In this document: piece after piece, positions 41,628 through 42,741 of the stretch
Numbering within the stretch: the stretch's first letter is position 1
Layout of the letters: every line of letters starts with the position of its first letter
DNA from: a virus
Reading direction: 5' to 3' (one strand)
DNA: 42,741 nt
Virus record (IMG/VR): IMGVR_UViG_3300013947_000011
Span: 1-42,741 of that record
Notes under the pieces: model-generated
Seen by the model: only the letters and a program-made list of their open reading frames with translations
Databases searched by the model: none
Told to the model about the DNA's origin: nothing
Made by a program: the position numbers and the translations under genes

Positions 41628-41915
41628 ATGGCCGATATTTTGTTGGCTGACACTTACATGATAGCGGCTTTGAGTGCTCTTGTCAAGTTCTATACGAAGA
41701 AAAGAGGTGATAAGCGCTTGAATTTGAAGGAGTTCCGGGCACGGGCTGGGCTGAGACAAATCGACGTGGCAAAGAAACTGAACGTCACACCCATGGCCGT
41801 GTCCAACTGGGAAAACGGGCTGAACAAAATCGCCCGGAAGTATCACAAGAAGCTGGCCAAACTCTACGGCTGCACCGTGGACGAGCTTCTGGCCGGGAAC
41901 GAGACGGGAAAATGA
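41628..41915 (+). CDS. XRE-family helix-turn-helix regulator
   Basis: LKEFRARAGLRQIDVAKKLNVTPMAVSNWENG...LAKLYGCTVDELL. The start codon is uncertain (41628 or 41658). Confidence 0.72.
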   Translation: MADILLADTYMIAALSALVKFYTKKRGDKRLNLKEFRARAGLRQIDVAKKLNVTPMAVSNWENGLNKIARKYHKKLAKLYGCTVDELLAGNETGK

Positions 41916-41982
41916 GGAACCACAAAAAATGCCCCGCCAGGCGGCAACCTGACGGGGCGGCGAAGAAACAATAGCAAGGATT

Positions 41983-42012
41983 CTCCACGGGTATTATACC
42001 ACACCCGTGGAG
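41983..42012. promoter_or_regulatory. Perfect 10-bp inverted repeat CTCCACGGGT-N10-ACCCGTGGAG
   Basis: It ends 19 nt upstream of the ATG at 42032. No T-run follows it. Confidence 0.5.
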
Positions 42013-42031
42013 AAGTGGCAAGGAGGAAAGT

Positions 42032-42283
42032 ATGCCAAAGACAAAGCCGCTTATCCGTGACGAGAAAGCGGAACGCGCCGAGACCCGGCGCAAACTCATC
42101 CAATCCAAGATGGGAGCCAGGGATATCCGTTCCCGGGTAGAGCTGTCCCGCCGTATTGGTATCAGCGACACCACACTTTACAACAAGATGCGTTCCGGCT
42201 GCTGGACCGCCGATGATCTGGCAAAAATGGACAAGGTGCTGCGATTTTCCGCCGAGGAGCTGGCGGCAATCGTGCGCGGATAA
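42032..42283 (+). CDS. Small DNA-binding (HTH) protein
   Basis: AGGAGG RBS. LSRRIGISDTTLYNKMRSG motif. Confidence 0.55.
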   Translation: MPKTKPLIRDEKAERAETRRKLIQSKMGARDIRSRVELSRRIGISDTTLYNKMRSGCWTADDLAKMDKVLRFSAEELAAIVRG

Positions 42284-42295
42284 GGAGGAGTAGAA

Positions 42296-42741
42296 ATGAA
42301 AGCTTACAAGGGGTTCGACAAGGACCTGAAGTGCCGCAGTTTCCAGTATGAGGTCGGCGGAGAGTATGAGGAGCAGGAGGCCAGTATTTGCCGCAAGGGC
42401 TTCCATGCATGTGAGAACCCGCTGGACACGCTGCGGTACTATCGCCCCGGCGATAGCCGTTACTGCGAGGTGGAACTGGAGGATAACGGCCAGCGCAATG
42501 GTGACGATTCCAAGGTGTGCGGCAAGAAAATCAAGATCGGCGCAGAAATCGGGCTGGATGGCGTAATCGAGGCCGGAGCGCGGTTCATCTTTGAGAAATG
42601 CGAGGGAGTATCCGAAGATCGTGCATCTGGCGAGAATGGCAACGCCGCCGCTTCTGGCTGGAGTGGCAACGCCGCCGCTTCTGGCGTGAGGGGCAACGCC
42701 GCCGCTTCTGGCGTGAGGGGCAACGCCGCCGCTTCTGGCGT
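42296..42741 (+). CDS. N-terminal part of the tandem-repeat phage protein (continues at position 2)
   Basis: GGAGGAG RBS. My own translation: MKAYKGFDKDLKCRSFQYEVGGEYEEQEASICRKGFHACENPLDTLRYY..., then GNAAASGxx repeats. There is no stop codon before the window end. Confidence 0.8.
   Translation, partial: MKAYKGFDKDLKCRSFQYEVGGEYEEQEASICRKGFHACENPLDTLRYYRPGDSRYCEVELEDNGQRNGDDSKVCGKKIKIGAEIGLDGVIEAGARFIFEKCEGVSEDRASGENGNAAASGWSGNAAASGVRGNAAASGVRGNAAASG
42638..42741 (+). repeat. 27-bp tandem repeat, 3.85 copies at the window end (same unit as 2-217)
   Basis: Identical 21-nt core. Positions 42691-42741 are identical to 1-51. Confidence 0.95.

Larger units (their letters stand above)
1..42741. 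mobile_element. Temperate tailed-phage genome (siphovirus-like), circularly permuted; complete or nearly so
   Basis: Full ordered set of replication, packaging, head, tail, lysis, integration and immunity modules. The first 51 nt are identical to the last 51 nt. A gene starting at 42296 continues in frame at position 2. Confidence 0.85.

Overview
The window is a complete or near-complete temperate siphovirus-type phage genome of about 42.7 kb. GC content is high, about 58-60% by eye. The gene families suggest a Clostridia/Firmicutes host (inference only). It is circularly permuted. The last 51 nt equal the first 51 nt, and one gene starts at 42296 and finishes at 457, with the break inside a 27-bp in-frame tandem repeat array.

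Module order:
- 1-12183 (+): early, recombination and replication genes. These include Gp157-like, Rad52-like SSAP, SSB, a replisome organizer with internal iterons, DnaB, RusA, a truncated SNF2-type helicase remnant, two DNA methyltransferases and a sigma/RinA-like late regulator.
- 12184-12854: a 671-nt ORF-free, heavily structured region containing tRNA-Gln(UUG) and a degenerate tRNA-like paralog.
- 12855-15143: Bro/KilAC antirepressor, Rha regulator and terS.
- 15144-18373: a 3.2-kb accessory island inserted between terS and terL. It holds repeat arrays, a three-gene leftward operon with its own promoter and terminators, a truncated large serine recombinase and a lipoprotein.
- 18374-36408: terL, portal, scaffold, capsid, connectors, tail tube, chaperones, tape measure, and baseplate, fibre and tailspike genes.
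- 36415-36935: a small leftward cassette encoding an acidic protein and a ribbon-helix-helix protein.
- 36938-38090: holin and amidase-SPOR endolysin.
- 38100-39365: attP, consisting of a tRNA 3' fragment flanked by arm-type repeats, plus a tyrosine integrase.
- 39626-42283: the lysogeny switch, with XRE/CI-like regulators and two paralogous consensus promoters.

The most interesting items are the candidate large ornate ncRNA around the tRNAs, the terS/terL island, the iteron and box arrays, and the perfectly conserved 27-bp coding repeats. All family assignments come from recognising motifs in the translations. No database search was run.
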